This document shows positions 25,520 through 37,621 of a stretch of 64,000 nucleotides of DNA, one piece after another. Position 1 is the stretch's first letter; every line of letters begins with the position of its first letter. The DNA lies in assembly GCF_003918875.1 (NCBI RefSeq), contig NW_025765725.1, positions 992,001-1,056,000 of the forward strand. Direction: 5' to 3'. The notes under the pieces were generated by a model that searched no databases, was not told where the DNA came from, and worked only from the letters and a program-made list of their open reading frames with translations. The DNA is from Haliotis rubra (Eukaryota). The translations under genes and the position numbers were made by a program.

Positions 25520-25940
25520 CCCATTCTGCCTACAGTCCCATTCTGTCTACAGCCTACAGTCCCTTTCTGCCTACAGTCCCTTTCTGCCTACAATCCTACA
25601 ATGTCATTCTGCTTACAACCCTATTCTGCCTACAGTCCTATTCTGCCTACAGTCCTATTCTGCCTACAGCCCTATTCTGCCTACAGTTCTATTCTGCCTA
25701 GCGTCCTATTCTGCCTACAGTTCTATTCTGCCTACAGTCCTTTTCTGCCTACAACCCTATTCTGCCTACAGTTCTATTCTGCCTACAGTCCTATTCTGCC
25801 TACAGTCCCATTCTGCCTACAGTCCTATTCTGCCTACAGTCCCATTTTGCCTACAGTCCCATTCTGCATACAGTCCTATTCTGCCTGCAGTCCCATTTTG
25901 CCTACAGTCCCATTTTGCCTACAGTCCCATTCTGCCTACA
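25520..25940 (+). repeat. 17-bp minisatellite (ctattctgcctacagtc)n
   Basis: About 24 tandem units. Confidence 0.92.
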
Positions 25941-26825
25941 CGTTAAAACAACAGTGATCTGGCAGTAAGGTTAATGTGCTGACGTATTCTCTCTTTTTTT
26001 CTTTTCTTTTTTACACATAAATACAACATTCACTCACACATTCATACTACAAATAAAATAACCAGAAATAAACTAATTCACATTGATAATATTATCTCCT
26101 GAAAAAGATGTTCATATTGTTTCCATTTGTTATGGTATTACTGAAACTTTGCTTTGCGATAAAATCTATTTTTTTCTATCTTGCTGTAATATTTCAATTC
26201 TTTTTTAAATACGGGTAAATGTGGTATTCGATTTGTAAGTTTACATTTATAGATATGCTGACATATTCTACCTTTACTAAAATGAACTTGACCAAAAGTT
26301 AATTTCAGGCAATACTGTAAAAATGACAAAAACTAGTGTTTCTACCAAAAAATAGGTATATGGTATCTTTATTCTTTCTGAATGCATTTTATTCATTGGA
26401 ATTGACAAAATGTCATGGAATATAAGTTTTGAACTTAAGATGCCACCCCTCAAGATGGTTATTCGTCCTGGGCCCAATATTGCCGAACAGTGTCCAGATT
26501 CCTATAGGAAAGCATGCCTCATAGCCCACCTATGTAGGCAGAATGGGCTGTAGCTGATGTTATCCAAACACCGATGAATTTGCACTTCACTTCGTCATGC
26601 CAGGCTGGAGATACACATACAGTGATTTCATTGTAAAGCCGGGTTACCTATACTATAACTGGCTGTAAGTTAATCCCTCCTTATATTTACTTTTCAACGT
26701 GATGAATATGAGGGCATATTAACCAGTAATTTGTAATATCTGTAGTCAGTTCAAGCTACGCGTTGAGTTTCAGATTCAAAATGGTTTGGTTTTGCCTACA
26801 TGTACCCTTGCTCCACACGAAAATC

Positions 26826-26985
26826 GAGGCGGTGGGGGTAGCCTAGTGGTTAAAGCGTTTCCCGTCACGCCGAAGACCCGGGTTCGATTCCCCACATGGG
26901 TACAATGTGTGGAGCTCGTTTCTGGTGTACCCACGCAGTGATATTGCTGGAATATTGCTGAAACCATACTGACTCACTCACTCAT
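26826..26985 (+). mobile_element. SINE A
   Basis: Matches family consensus, with A and B boxes and ACTC tail. Confidence 0.85.
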
Positions 26986-27796
26986 ACACTACGAGAAATT
27001 CATAGTACATATGTTATATTTCGGATTGCACTTTATCAGTAAAGTACAGATTCAATTACATTTGGGTTGAGTCCCATCTGTTCATAGTACATCGTATTTT
27101 TGTCCTAATTAGTAACTTATATATGACTCGATTATCCGGAATTTCGTTAACCCGGTGGATTATAATGTGCGATTCTACGGGCCGTGATATTACTGGAATA
27201 GTGCTGAAAACGGCGTAAACTCACTCAAACTCACTGAAAGAGTCTGAAAAGTGTGCTCAAAAGCACACAACGTTATCAACAAATAACGCAAAGTGTGCTT
27301 GTAACCACTTGTAGAATTTACAAATGTATCGGTTTATGATGCATTCCACTTGTGGAAATTCCCGGTCAGGTTATGTCAGAAGCACTTGATAATTGCCGTG
27401 TTGCCGGTGTCCCCACCCTCTGACGTGGACGTGGCGGTGTGCATGTCGTCGCGCCCAGATGGTACTGACTGTTCATTAGTCACTGGTTGGCTGGTGCAGA
27501 CTCTTTAGTTAAAGTAACATCAACGCCTAATACAGACTGAGTGAATGAGTGAGTGAGTGTGGTTTTTCGCCGCTTTTAGCAATATTCCAGCTACATCACG
27601 GCGGGGGACACCAGAAAGGGGCTTCACACATTGTACCCAGAAATACAAAAAAAAAGATGAAGAAGATGCTATTTGTTGCCGCAAGGGGTAAAAGGATTTT
27701 GTATTTCGTATCTGAGTGGGGTGCTCAAGATATACTATGGCAAGGTATTTCGGAAGGTATGTGCTAAAAAATTGGACAAATTATAACACATACCTC

Positions 27797-27814
27797 AACA
27801 CACGCACGCACGCA

Positions 27815-27866
<52 letters not shown>
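27797..27866 (+). repeat. (CA)n microsatellite
   Basis: Seen directly. Others: (CA)n at 18423-18462, (GAT)n at 5323-5350, (TCTG)n at 28785-28875. Confidence 0.9.
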
Positions 27867-27868
<2 letters not shown>

Positions 27869-30800
27869 ATCACGCACACAATCAGACAGGGAGAGAGAGG
27901 AAGAGAAAGACAGAGAGAAATATAATTGCAAGCAACGATGAGGGCTCCTTGGCTTTAGTTCTATCTATTGCATCTGAGGGCTAGAAATCATTGTCCAAAA
28001 CGGAGCCAGAACACGTTTTTAAGAAGTTCCGGAGAAGAAATAGTTCCCTCTTTAAAAAACCGGTATCTCAGTTGTTCTTGGGTCTACGGTCAAAACAATT
28101 AGTGTTCTGGAATCACCAAGCCTTCATCTACCATACTACCATTTGTACAGAATTTGCACATTTTTGGAGCAAACTATTCAGAAAACTGCTGAAAAACATG
28201 ACCAAAAACTGAAAACAAAAATAACTGCCAAACGGTACGTTTTAGCGACTTGACCCGTCCAGGCAAAATTGTTGGGAATTTGATTGTGCATCTGTACAAG
28301 AGATTTGGAAGTGTTGGAACATTAGTTCTTGAGATATTTGCTGTCAAACTTTGAAATTTCGGAATTAATTGTCTAGAGGCAAGGATCCCTAATAAGATAT
28401 AAACAACAGCAAGGGCCTCACACACACACACACAAACATACAAACATACAAACACACACAAAAATACAAACACACAACGTGCATGCTGTCTCGCTGTCCC
28501 CTAATGTGTCTTTTATAGCTGACAAAACCTGCCATTTTATTCTTTCCAAGCGTAAGTCTTAATGTATGCATAAGCGTATGTATATAATACCTAATTCAGC
28601 TTTATATCTTAATTACTTGTATTTATTTATTATAGCATTTATCGTTTTATACAATAATATTCGATCTTTGTGTACATTTTACAGAACTTAGTCTCAAATA
28701 CTGCTTATAAGAGTGGCTTAACTTTTAATGTGTTTTTTGACTGTATCTGTATATTTTATATTGAAGTGAGACTTTAATCAACAGTCCGTCTGTCTGTCTG
28801 TCGTCTGTATGTCTGTTTGTCTGTCTGTCGTCTGTATGTCTGTTTGTCTGTCTGTCGTTTGTCTGTATGTCTGTATAAGGGTGCCAAATTGAACACGCTT
28901 AATAACCCATTTCAACATGCCCATGATAGCATGATACGAGTCAGGGTTATAATTATCATACTCATATTTGTCACGCCCTGTGCAATTACAGAGAACTGTT
29001 GTTGTTGTCCTTGAAATTTAATTATATGATTTCATTAAAAACAGTACATATTTTGACATGAAATCAATTTATCTGCACCAGGAGATACCGAGAGTCACAC
29101 ATAAACATTGCTTTTTAAAAACGTTATGGATCGCCATCTGCAGCAATAAACTAAACAATGCGTTTCAACATGACACAACCGTCGGTTATTTCAGTGGAGA
29201 AAAATATTTGTTTTCAAGCAAAATGATTCACAACATTCACTGATTTTTCTATTTTACTGCACACTTCGGTGCATACATAGATTTGCTTAAGCTATTGCCA
29301 GTGCATTCTCTTCCCACAGAGGTTACTCAAGTTATATCTCCCCACGTACTTGGGGAAGAGAATGTAGCCAGTGAGATCTTGAAATAACTTGCAGTCTGCA
29401 AAATCTTTGGCGTTCATACTGAACTTAAAAGCATGTGACTGTAATTTGAAACCTCTGATTCACACCCAGTATTTTCAACAGCAGTTTGACGTATTGACCA
29501 TTCCTTTAACTGAAGAGGAATCCTACTGAAATGTATCGTTTCACTTTCTTATGTCAGGATTAATACTCAAAACACTGTTTCAATAATTAAACTTGGAACT
29601 GCATATTAGAGTTGATAAAACAGATCGAATGAGACGAAGTTAAAATCAACTTGTGAAAAGGTTTATTGATTTTTTCTGTCGGGCAAGCAAATTTGTATAT
29701 CACACTGTACCGGTGTCCGGTTGACTTTCCAATGTTAATTATGTTGTTTATTTAAAGAATCAGCAAGAAATCGATCGGTATAGAGTAAACATAACACTAT
29801 CAATGGGCAAGTGTTTTACATGTGCCAGTTAATGGGGGAGTCTGGTCCAGACAATCAAGGGATCCAAACGTCGAAGTCAGATTCGTTCCAACTTGATGGC
29901 GGCTGCCTGTTAATGATTGAATTTGAACCAGACAGTCCTGTGACCGATTCAGCACTGATACACACCTGAGAGACACGATGACAAGCAATCAAGGGCGAGT
30001 TTGGGCCAGACAATCCAGTGATCAATCCAGCAATCATTAACACCTTTCGAGCAATCAACCACAGGATCCATGGTATCTTCCTTTACCACAGGTAACTGTA
30101 CAGGCGGTTCTGAAAAAAAGGCTTTTTCAAGGTCATCTTAAAGTTTGGCGCCGAGAATGACTTGGACTTCTCGACACTCAAAAGGGAGCCAATGAAGGGC
30201 GTCTGAATTTAGAATGAAAAAACAACAACACTGTATCATGACTGCGAATCGTTCACGTCAAGATTTTGGCAGAACATATGAGTAAGTGAGTGATGTCAAG
30301 GGACGTATCTATACCGAATCGCGCACGCTTGCACATGTTCAGATAAACCTAATAGGACTAAGATACGCAACTCTGCAAAGTCCATTGCGCAACTAAACCT
30401 ATGTTGAGGGCGCGTTGAGCGAGCTATCTAAGGCGCCAGGCTAGTGATCCAGGGAGCTTGGAGGTGCCGGGATCGAACCCACGTTTTACCGGGTGTAAAA
30501 ACCTTGGAGTCAGATTCTTTCAAGTGTTGTCACAAACCCTAGTGTACAGTACACACTTAAACGAACCCACGCATCCGTTGGTAAATGACTACTGATGTAC
30601 TACTATTAGATGAGCCACGACCTGACAAATGACCCCAATTTGCATATATGGAAGGCCCTCCAGAACATTCCATTTGAAAAATGAGGGAAACAGGTTGTCG
30701 TCTAAAACTTGAAAAGTTCAATTTCCTCGTGCGAACCGTGTTTTGATTGTTATACCATACTAAGTATGTGTACAGCTAAGATCCTGAGAAACTGAACCAA

Positions 30801-31202
30801 GACAAATATAACTTAATTTACAAAACACCCCACACAAGTGCTAGAGAAAAGAATATTTGTTATGTTTACAAACGGATGTATAATCGGCATGTATTCTGGT
30901 GCACCCTCTCCACACAGGGGTCAAATACCGAATAGATCCATTATGGAATGTACTGATTTAGGCGTACTTCGGGCCTTAGTCGTAACTTTCTAAATCGGTC
31001 TCGGTGTCTGAATCTCTTGCCAGTCCTACTCCGATCACGATTCTGTCAATTTCTTTTTTCTACTGCAATTTCCCGTTGCCAGTAGCCATCTTCAATGGTT
31101 TTCACATGTTCACAACATTCGGACTATTCCTTGGCACCGATTACTGTCATTCTCTCGTTTATGGCAACTCTTAGCGAAGTTTTTGTGAACTGAGAGTTTT
31201 GT

Positions 31203-31964
31203 TTAGCAACATATTTTTTTGACATTGGCCCAAATCAACTCAATTGGGTTCAATTCTGCGTGGTAAGGAGGAAGACGTAGTACATCATGGCCATGTTGTT
31301 TCAACATAGTGTCTACTCTATAGACAGGGCCCGATTTGTTGGATTTTGCCAGACACAACAGTTCGGCTTTGAGCATTTTATCGTCAAATGCAATATTGTG
31401 CCTTTGTAACCAAGCTTTGGTATCATCTTTTCTGTTAGCCGTTGTTGGACATTTGTCCACTTGCTTGCTGTGGTATGGCGCATTATCCATAACAATGACG
31501 GAGTGGGGTGGAATATGTGGGATCAATGTGTCCTGTAGCCATTTGGAAAAATTATCAAAATTCATCTCGTCATGATAATCTGCTGATTTGAGCTTTAAGT
31601 CAAATACAAGTAAAGCATTTGGTACAAAACCGTTTTCGGACTCTGCATGAACAACAATAAGCCGAGGTCCGGTACCGGACGGACGCTGAACCCCATTTAT
31701 CACAACCTCACCATCAAGCTGCCAACATTTTGGGACAATGTGGTGTACATGCAACCATGTTTCATCGATAAAGATGATTGTTCGATCTTCATCTCGACAC
31801 TTTTTTATTGCACGTAAGTATTGCATGCGCTTTGCAACGATGTCTTTTCGTTCTTTTAAAACCTTACGATTTGACTGCGTTTTTCGCCACCTAAACCCCA
31901 TGTCTTTCAGATTATTTCGAAAACTTTCCTTTGAACCCTGGTAATGCGATTGGTTTCTTGCCAT
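31203..31964 (-). pseudogene. DD81E transposase core; decayed N- and C-terminal parts flank it
   Basis: FIDETW…VIVMDNAPYH…LRLPPYHAELNPIELIW, with 81 residues between the second D and E. Confidence 0.88.
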
Positions 31965-32454
31965 ATCCTATATCATTTCTAGAGTAGGCAGTTGCTTTTT
32001 GTACTCCATATAAACTTTGTACAAATTGACGGACTGCACACCGGCCAAAATCATCAAGTTTGTGCTTGGAAGTTTGAGGTTTGCGCAACTTGTTGGACTA
32101 ATAAACGTAGGCCTACTCGCACCCCTATCACCTTCCGCTTTAATATATACGTTTTAAAGTTGCCTTGGAAAGACCAGTAGCAAGGCTACTTTTGACATAG
32201 CGTCTACTTTGGTTGCACACGCCTTTTCCATATAAATAATAACATTGTAGGCTAACCCCTTGCCTGAGAATGAACAAATTGCCCATGCTTCCCTAACTTG
32301 CACATGATAAATTAATTAAAATCATTCACAAATTGACTCGTGTCGAGATGGTGTCTTGCTGTAACAAAATCGCTCTACGAGACACGTGTTAAACAGAAGC
32401 GGTATTGAGTTCACGCCAAGGTCAGCATGTATCGCTAAATCGTTAATCTACCTT

Positions 32455-32830
32455 TATCATCCAAAACTGTGTTCCACAGGAGATATCGCTTGTGTGAGAT
32501 CAAACGATATCTCCTAGGAGATCGTTTTGACAGTAGATTTTGTACAATGCCCTGACAATGCTATGACGTCATGTACTTGATGACGTCACAATGCTATGAC
32601 ATCGCTGCACTGCAAGTCTAATGGCAGTACCATGTTCAGAGATGTACATTGAAAATTAATGAAGAGTGATTTTGGATGATAAATAGAATCTCACCCTCGT
32701 GTCTTCTGATATCAAATATATCAACACTCGTTGATAAAAGTAAAAATATCCTCGGCAAGCCTCGGATATTTGTAACTTTATCAACTCGTGTTGATATAAT
32801 TGATATCAGAAGACACTTGGGTGAGATTCT
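32455..32830 (+). mobile_element. Non-autonomous element with a terminal ~145-bp hairpin, nested in the DD81E transposon
   Basis: Second copy at 61845-62231; foldback agaatctcaccc…ctcggcaagcctcg…gggtgagattct. Confidence 0.75.
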
Positions 32831-33410
32831 CTATGTAGCAACCAAGTGTATTCGTCTAGACTCCCTGTCCCCCTACTTGTCACAAACGCATGTACTGCGC
32901 AGGCTCATCTAATACGAGTCAAGCAGTAGACGGTGGCCAAATGAATACGTGCAAACACCTAGTTGCGGGTACAGCAAGGTGAAGCAAACTTGGACAAAGT
33001 ACTGTGACTATGTGTCCCAGTCCACCCAGCTGTGAATGGGTACCTCGGAAGGATGGGAAGCCCATTAACTCGGTGCGCCTAGTGGCTGCAAGAGTTGCAT
33101 CTTCCCCAGGGAGTTGAGATTAAAAATACGATATGACGTTGAGATTGACATCCTATGATCGAGAGAAAAACAAAACGCTTTGAGAAGCTGAGCTGAGCTG
33201 GATATTGGCGCTATACAAATATCAGTATAATAATAAGAAGAATGTATCACCTCGGTTAGCCCTCCCTCATCAAACTGGTACGCCTTGACATGTTTGCAAT
33301 ATTGTCCCAAGTGGAAATAATACTCAGTTGTTCACAGAGGACCAATCCCCACAATAACTGGTTAAATAAAGTTGTACATTTGATACTAAATAAACACTTT
33401 ACTAAATTTG

Positions 33411-34025
33411 ACCCGTGAAGATCCGGGTTAGAATTGATCTTCAGCTACCCATGCTTGTCGTAAGAGGCGACTAACGGGATCGGGTGGCCTAGCTCACTGA
33501 CTGGGTTGAGACATGTCATCGTATTTCATTTGCGTTCTATCGATGTTCATGAGGTGAGGTGAAATTATGGGTTTAACGTCGTGCTTGAGAATATTTCGCT
33601 CATATGACGACGTGCATGCGTGTGTATGTATATGTGCGGCTGCTTGTACAAGCCCAGACTTAAGCTGGTTTTATAGTGCTAGACCACTGAGATACCATGC
33701 CGCAGTGAAGCATGAACACCCCACTCAGACACATTATACTGACTCCGAGCCGACCAGTCCTTGTTGTACCAATTAATGCCGAGCGCCGGGCATGGACCAA
33801 CAAGTACCATATTTTAACGTCTTTCGATATGACGCGGTCTGGAATCGAACCCGCGACCATCCACTCTCCGGGCGGACGCTCTAACCACTACACCACGGAG
33901 GCGGTCCTCGATGTTCATGGAGTTGATCCCTGGATTGTCTGGTCCAGACTCGAATATTTACAGACGGCCGCCATATAGCTGGAATATTGCTGGGTGCGGC
34001 GTAAAATTAAACTCACTCACTCACT
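33411..34025 (+). mobile_element. SINE-like family B interrupted by a family D SINE
   Basis: TSD cactttactaa; the nested element at 33552-33907 has TSD tcgatgttcatg. Confidence 0.88.
33552..33907 (-). mobile_element. SINE family D, nested copy
   Basis: Near-identical reverse complement of 39113-39468. Confidence 0.88.
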
Positions 34026-34987
34026 TTACTAAGTTTAGTCTTGCTGGCGATTAGGTGCCTGGCTCTGAGGGTATGGGTTTGAATGGTACTAGAATCTGTA
34101 CTTTACAGAAAAAGTTCAATCCCAAATATAACATATGTTGCAGATAAGTCATTGATAACTTTCTCAGTGTGTTCTGTAAGACTGCTCCTTTTGTTTTGTT
34201 TAATGCAACCTATTTTTGAGTATAAATACAGAGGTGGTACATATATATTTTCAAAATCAACAAGATAATCCCAGCTTTAATTAAACGCGGCGTGTATGTA
34301 ATCGAGTCTTTACAAGACAATTCTGTGATTGACATCATTGGCATCGATCTGTACAATTTGGATTCGATGACATGTGTCAACCAAGTCAGCGAGCCCGACC
34401 ACCCGATCCCGTTAGTGGCCTCTTACGACAAGCATGGGTTACTGAAGACTCTAACCCGGATCTTCACTGGTATACAGGTTGCTGGGGCCAGTTCAATCCA
34501 GGAAACCCAAAGGTATCGACAAGAACATTATGTGTTGAACATGCTTGGGGTTTGACGGACACGGCAATATCAAGTACATATCATTTACAGTTTCAAGGAT
34601 TTAATTTCCTTGTGTCTAAATGGTGAAGGAATGGGTCAGTCATCACATTGGGTCTGACCATCTGTCTGACCGGTCCAGATTGTTGACCGACGTTTACTTT
34701 AACCCATGACCCCTTGACGAGCTACCTGAGGGTCATGACTTGACCAGGTCATCACCGAGGGTCGTGGTTGACGGTCACTGTCTTTGATATTCTTGACCGC
34801 CTTTAATTTAGGTGAAAGAGCAACGGATTATGAATCAGTCTTTGCATCATCCAACAAGCATTAACCTGATAAATGTCCCTTCCTCTGTGTCACAGGGTCA
34901 TTGAGGTGTGTGTAATGTGTGTTTGTTACTATTAAACTGACACAGTAGACTGAAATATTAATATATATTCCTCTTTATAATCTGTTC

Positions 34988-35312
34988 GTGACGAGTCCAT
35001 GCAGGTAGCAAAAGTAATGTAAGTCCCATGGTCCCTGGTATGGTGATCTACCTTCAGTTATTGGCGATTTATAGCCCATTTTTATAATGTATTGTTTTTC
35101 CCCTATAGTTAAAACGTTTTAGATTTAATTACTAGTTTTACATACATATGTGATATTCTAGTTGTCTTGCTGTCCTTCGTCGGCAGGTTTTTTATAATAT
35201 ACATATACATATGTATACAATTATATTTCATTTCAATATCAAATGTTCTCGTCACGATATGGCTGAAATATTGCCGATGTGACGTTAAATATTAACTCAC
35301 TCACTCACTCAC
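34988..35312 (+). mobile_element. Retroposon family C (~320 bp; possibly the 3' UTR of the partner LINE)
   Basis: Second copy at 43098-43397. Ends gtcacgatatggctgaaatattgccgatgtgacgttaaa…(ACTC)n; no tRNA boxes seen. Confidence 0.7.
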
Positions 35313-37372
35313 TGTTCGTGACAATCCGGTTTAGAGTTGGCCTTCAGTAACCCATGTTTGTCGTAAGAGGCGACTAACAGGATCGGGTGGTCAGGCTCGC
35401 TGACTTGGGAGACACATGCCATCGTATCCCAAATGATAGATGTTCATGATTTTGGACTTTTGATTGTCCAGACTCTCATTTTTACGACTGCCGCCATGAG
35501 TTAAAATATTGCAGAATGCGGTGTTAAAAAATATATCATCAATATTCATTCGGAAGGGGACAAGCCAGAATGCTGCCTTTTCACTCACAAACACCCATGA
35601 ATGGTTGATGAGAACCTGTTTTACGGCTCCGACAGGAAGTAACAGATGGGAGCCAACGCTTGCATCATTCTGTGGAATCGAAAACCCGGACTCTCAGCGT
35701 TACGAGCGACCACGATAACAATGACGCGAACCAATCGCTCACCAGCATAAAACGATTGGTTCCTCCCATTCCCCCACCCCAAATAATATTTGTAAATTAA
35801 TATATACTAAAATTATTAACAAAACTTAACACAACAATTACTAGAGAACTAACAACAATTACTAAAAGTCCAAAATTTAAGTAAGGGTTAGGGTCAGATT
35901 TAGAGTTTTGGGGGAACGAGACGAACTCTTTCCCGAGGCCATGGGCTTACTTTTTCAAGAAAGGAGGCTTTGCTCCAACTTATGAACCGACCGAAGATAT
36001 ACTTTTAATATTTGGAATTCACTGTTGAAATCAGCTGGGATGCGCCTGGCAGCCGATACCTTGCTTCCACGCGCAATGCACGTGCTGCTCTGCACGCGCT
36101 ACCCGTGTCCTGCACGTGCTGCTCTGCACGCACAACCCGTCTTGTGGGAAAAACCTGGTTCATACTGATAGTAAACCACATTCTTCACAGCGAACCGGGT
36201 TGCAGGTTCGAAACCAGGCATCGACACAATAAAGTGGACGTTTTCAATAAGGTGATATTTACGATCGTATTCAGTAATAGCAAGACAGAGTTATATCAAT
36301 CTTCAAAACAAGTAAAAGTATTCAAAGTCAAGGGCTATTCCTCAGAAAACCCCGGGCTGCGGGCAATTCTGTAGAAATTTCCCGGGATTTCTCAGAGAAT
36401 GCCCGCGAAACTGCCTGTCGAGGTTTACTCGGTAAAAGGAGAACATGGCGAGACAACAGAGTGATGTCTAAATCTGTCAAAAGTAGTCCCTCCAAATATG
36501 AAGCCCTATCGCCATTTTGTTATGACCTTTTCGTGAAACTTAAACGACATTGTCGGTGACAACAAGCAATGTGTAAACGTCCACGTCCACGACCACGACC
36601 ACGACCACAGTCAGTTTGCGACCTCCTCCCACGATGCAATATAACTGAATTGTTGCGGCTGTTGTCCCTTTCACACATCATACAAATTTTCCCTTTACAT
36701 AAGTGTACAATAAAACTTCCAAGGTTATGACGACATATATTTAGAACGTTATTAAATATATAACCATCGCCGTATGTTACGTGCCGGCTGTAACAGCAGT
36801 ATCTCAGCTTGTTCAGCTTGACCTGATCAAGTGAATACTAATGTATTGCGCCACAGCTGGTTTGGCCTATTATTGTGAAGGGGTGTACATTTGTGAGTTG
36901 ATTGTCAACATGTCCGAACAGCCGACACAAGGTCGTCATTTGACATTCATTGTCGAGAAATCGTCAGCAATGTCCTAACTACTGGGACAGAAATATTGCA
37001 GTTGAACAGTGATAATTGAAATGGGTGTAGAGAGTGATAAGAGTGAATGGGATTGTGAAAGTAATTGACGTCTGTACTTTGCAAAGTTAGCAAACCAAAA
37101 TAGATAGCATATAACTGTATAAACAATTCAATTAAACATGAAATGATTGCTTTTTTCAGAAGTGTTGTTTTCCGGGACAGGTTCTGTAACGAATCCATGT
37201 ATGCATGCTTCGCACGAACGCAGCATTAATAACATTCTCTGCTCCCCTATTTAATGAAGTTAACTCGTCCTGCCGTGTGTGCCATTTGACCACCTGGGTC
37301 ATGCATATGTAGAGTAGCTCAGGTCAAGCTGAACACGCTGTAGTTCTGTTGAAACAGTGGTATAGCGAGGGA

Positions 37373-37621
37373 GAGTGAGTGAGTGAGTTTAGTTTTACGC
37401 CGCACTCAGCAATATTCCAGCTATATGGGGGCGGTCCGTAAATAATCGAGTCTGGACCAGACAATCCAGGGATCAACAGTATGAACATCGATCTACGCAA
37501 CTGGGATACGATGACGTGTGTCAACCCAGTCAGCGAGCCTGACCACCCGATCCCGATAGTCTACTCTCACGACAAGCATGGGTTACTGAAGATCATTATT
37601 CTAACCCGGATCTTCACGGGT
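37373..37621 (-). mobile_element. SINE-like family B (~245 bp, non-tRNA head), clean copy
   Basis: Family consensus head acccgtgaagatccgggttagaat…gatcttcagtaacccatgcttgtcgtaagaggcgactaa; tail gctggaatattgctgagtgcggcgtaaaactaa(ACTC)n. Other copies at 9710-9840(-), 17302-17413(-), 22174-22400, 24590-24820(-), 34295-34467(-), 35317-35530, 38262-38431(-), 46414-46622 and 48272-48462. Confidence 0.9.

Larger units (their letters stand above)
30592..32926 (-). mobile_element. IS630/Tc1/mariner-group DNA transposon, Sailor (DD82E)-like
   Basis: Imperfect TIRs ctgatgtactactattagatgagcc / ggctcatctaatacgagtcaagcag; TA TSD at 30590-91 and 32927-28; internal transposase. Confidence 0.85.
30408..33235 (+). 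mobile_element. Second copy of the same SINE, split by the DD81E transposon (head 30408-30590, body and tail 32929-33235)
   Basis: The two halves join at gtaaatgac-TA-gacggtggcc, corresponding to the contiguous gtaaatgaccagatggtggcc in the 10710-11107 copy. B-box-like ggatcgaaccc is present in the head. Confidence 0.75.

Noticed and set aside
25379-25957. 192-aa ORF
   Set aside because: A 17-bp minisatellite cycling through all three frames.
27925-28530. Possible Helentron/HINE-like element with an internal microsatellite
   Set aside because: Termini and hairpin could not be defined, and there is no second copy in the window.
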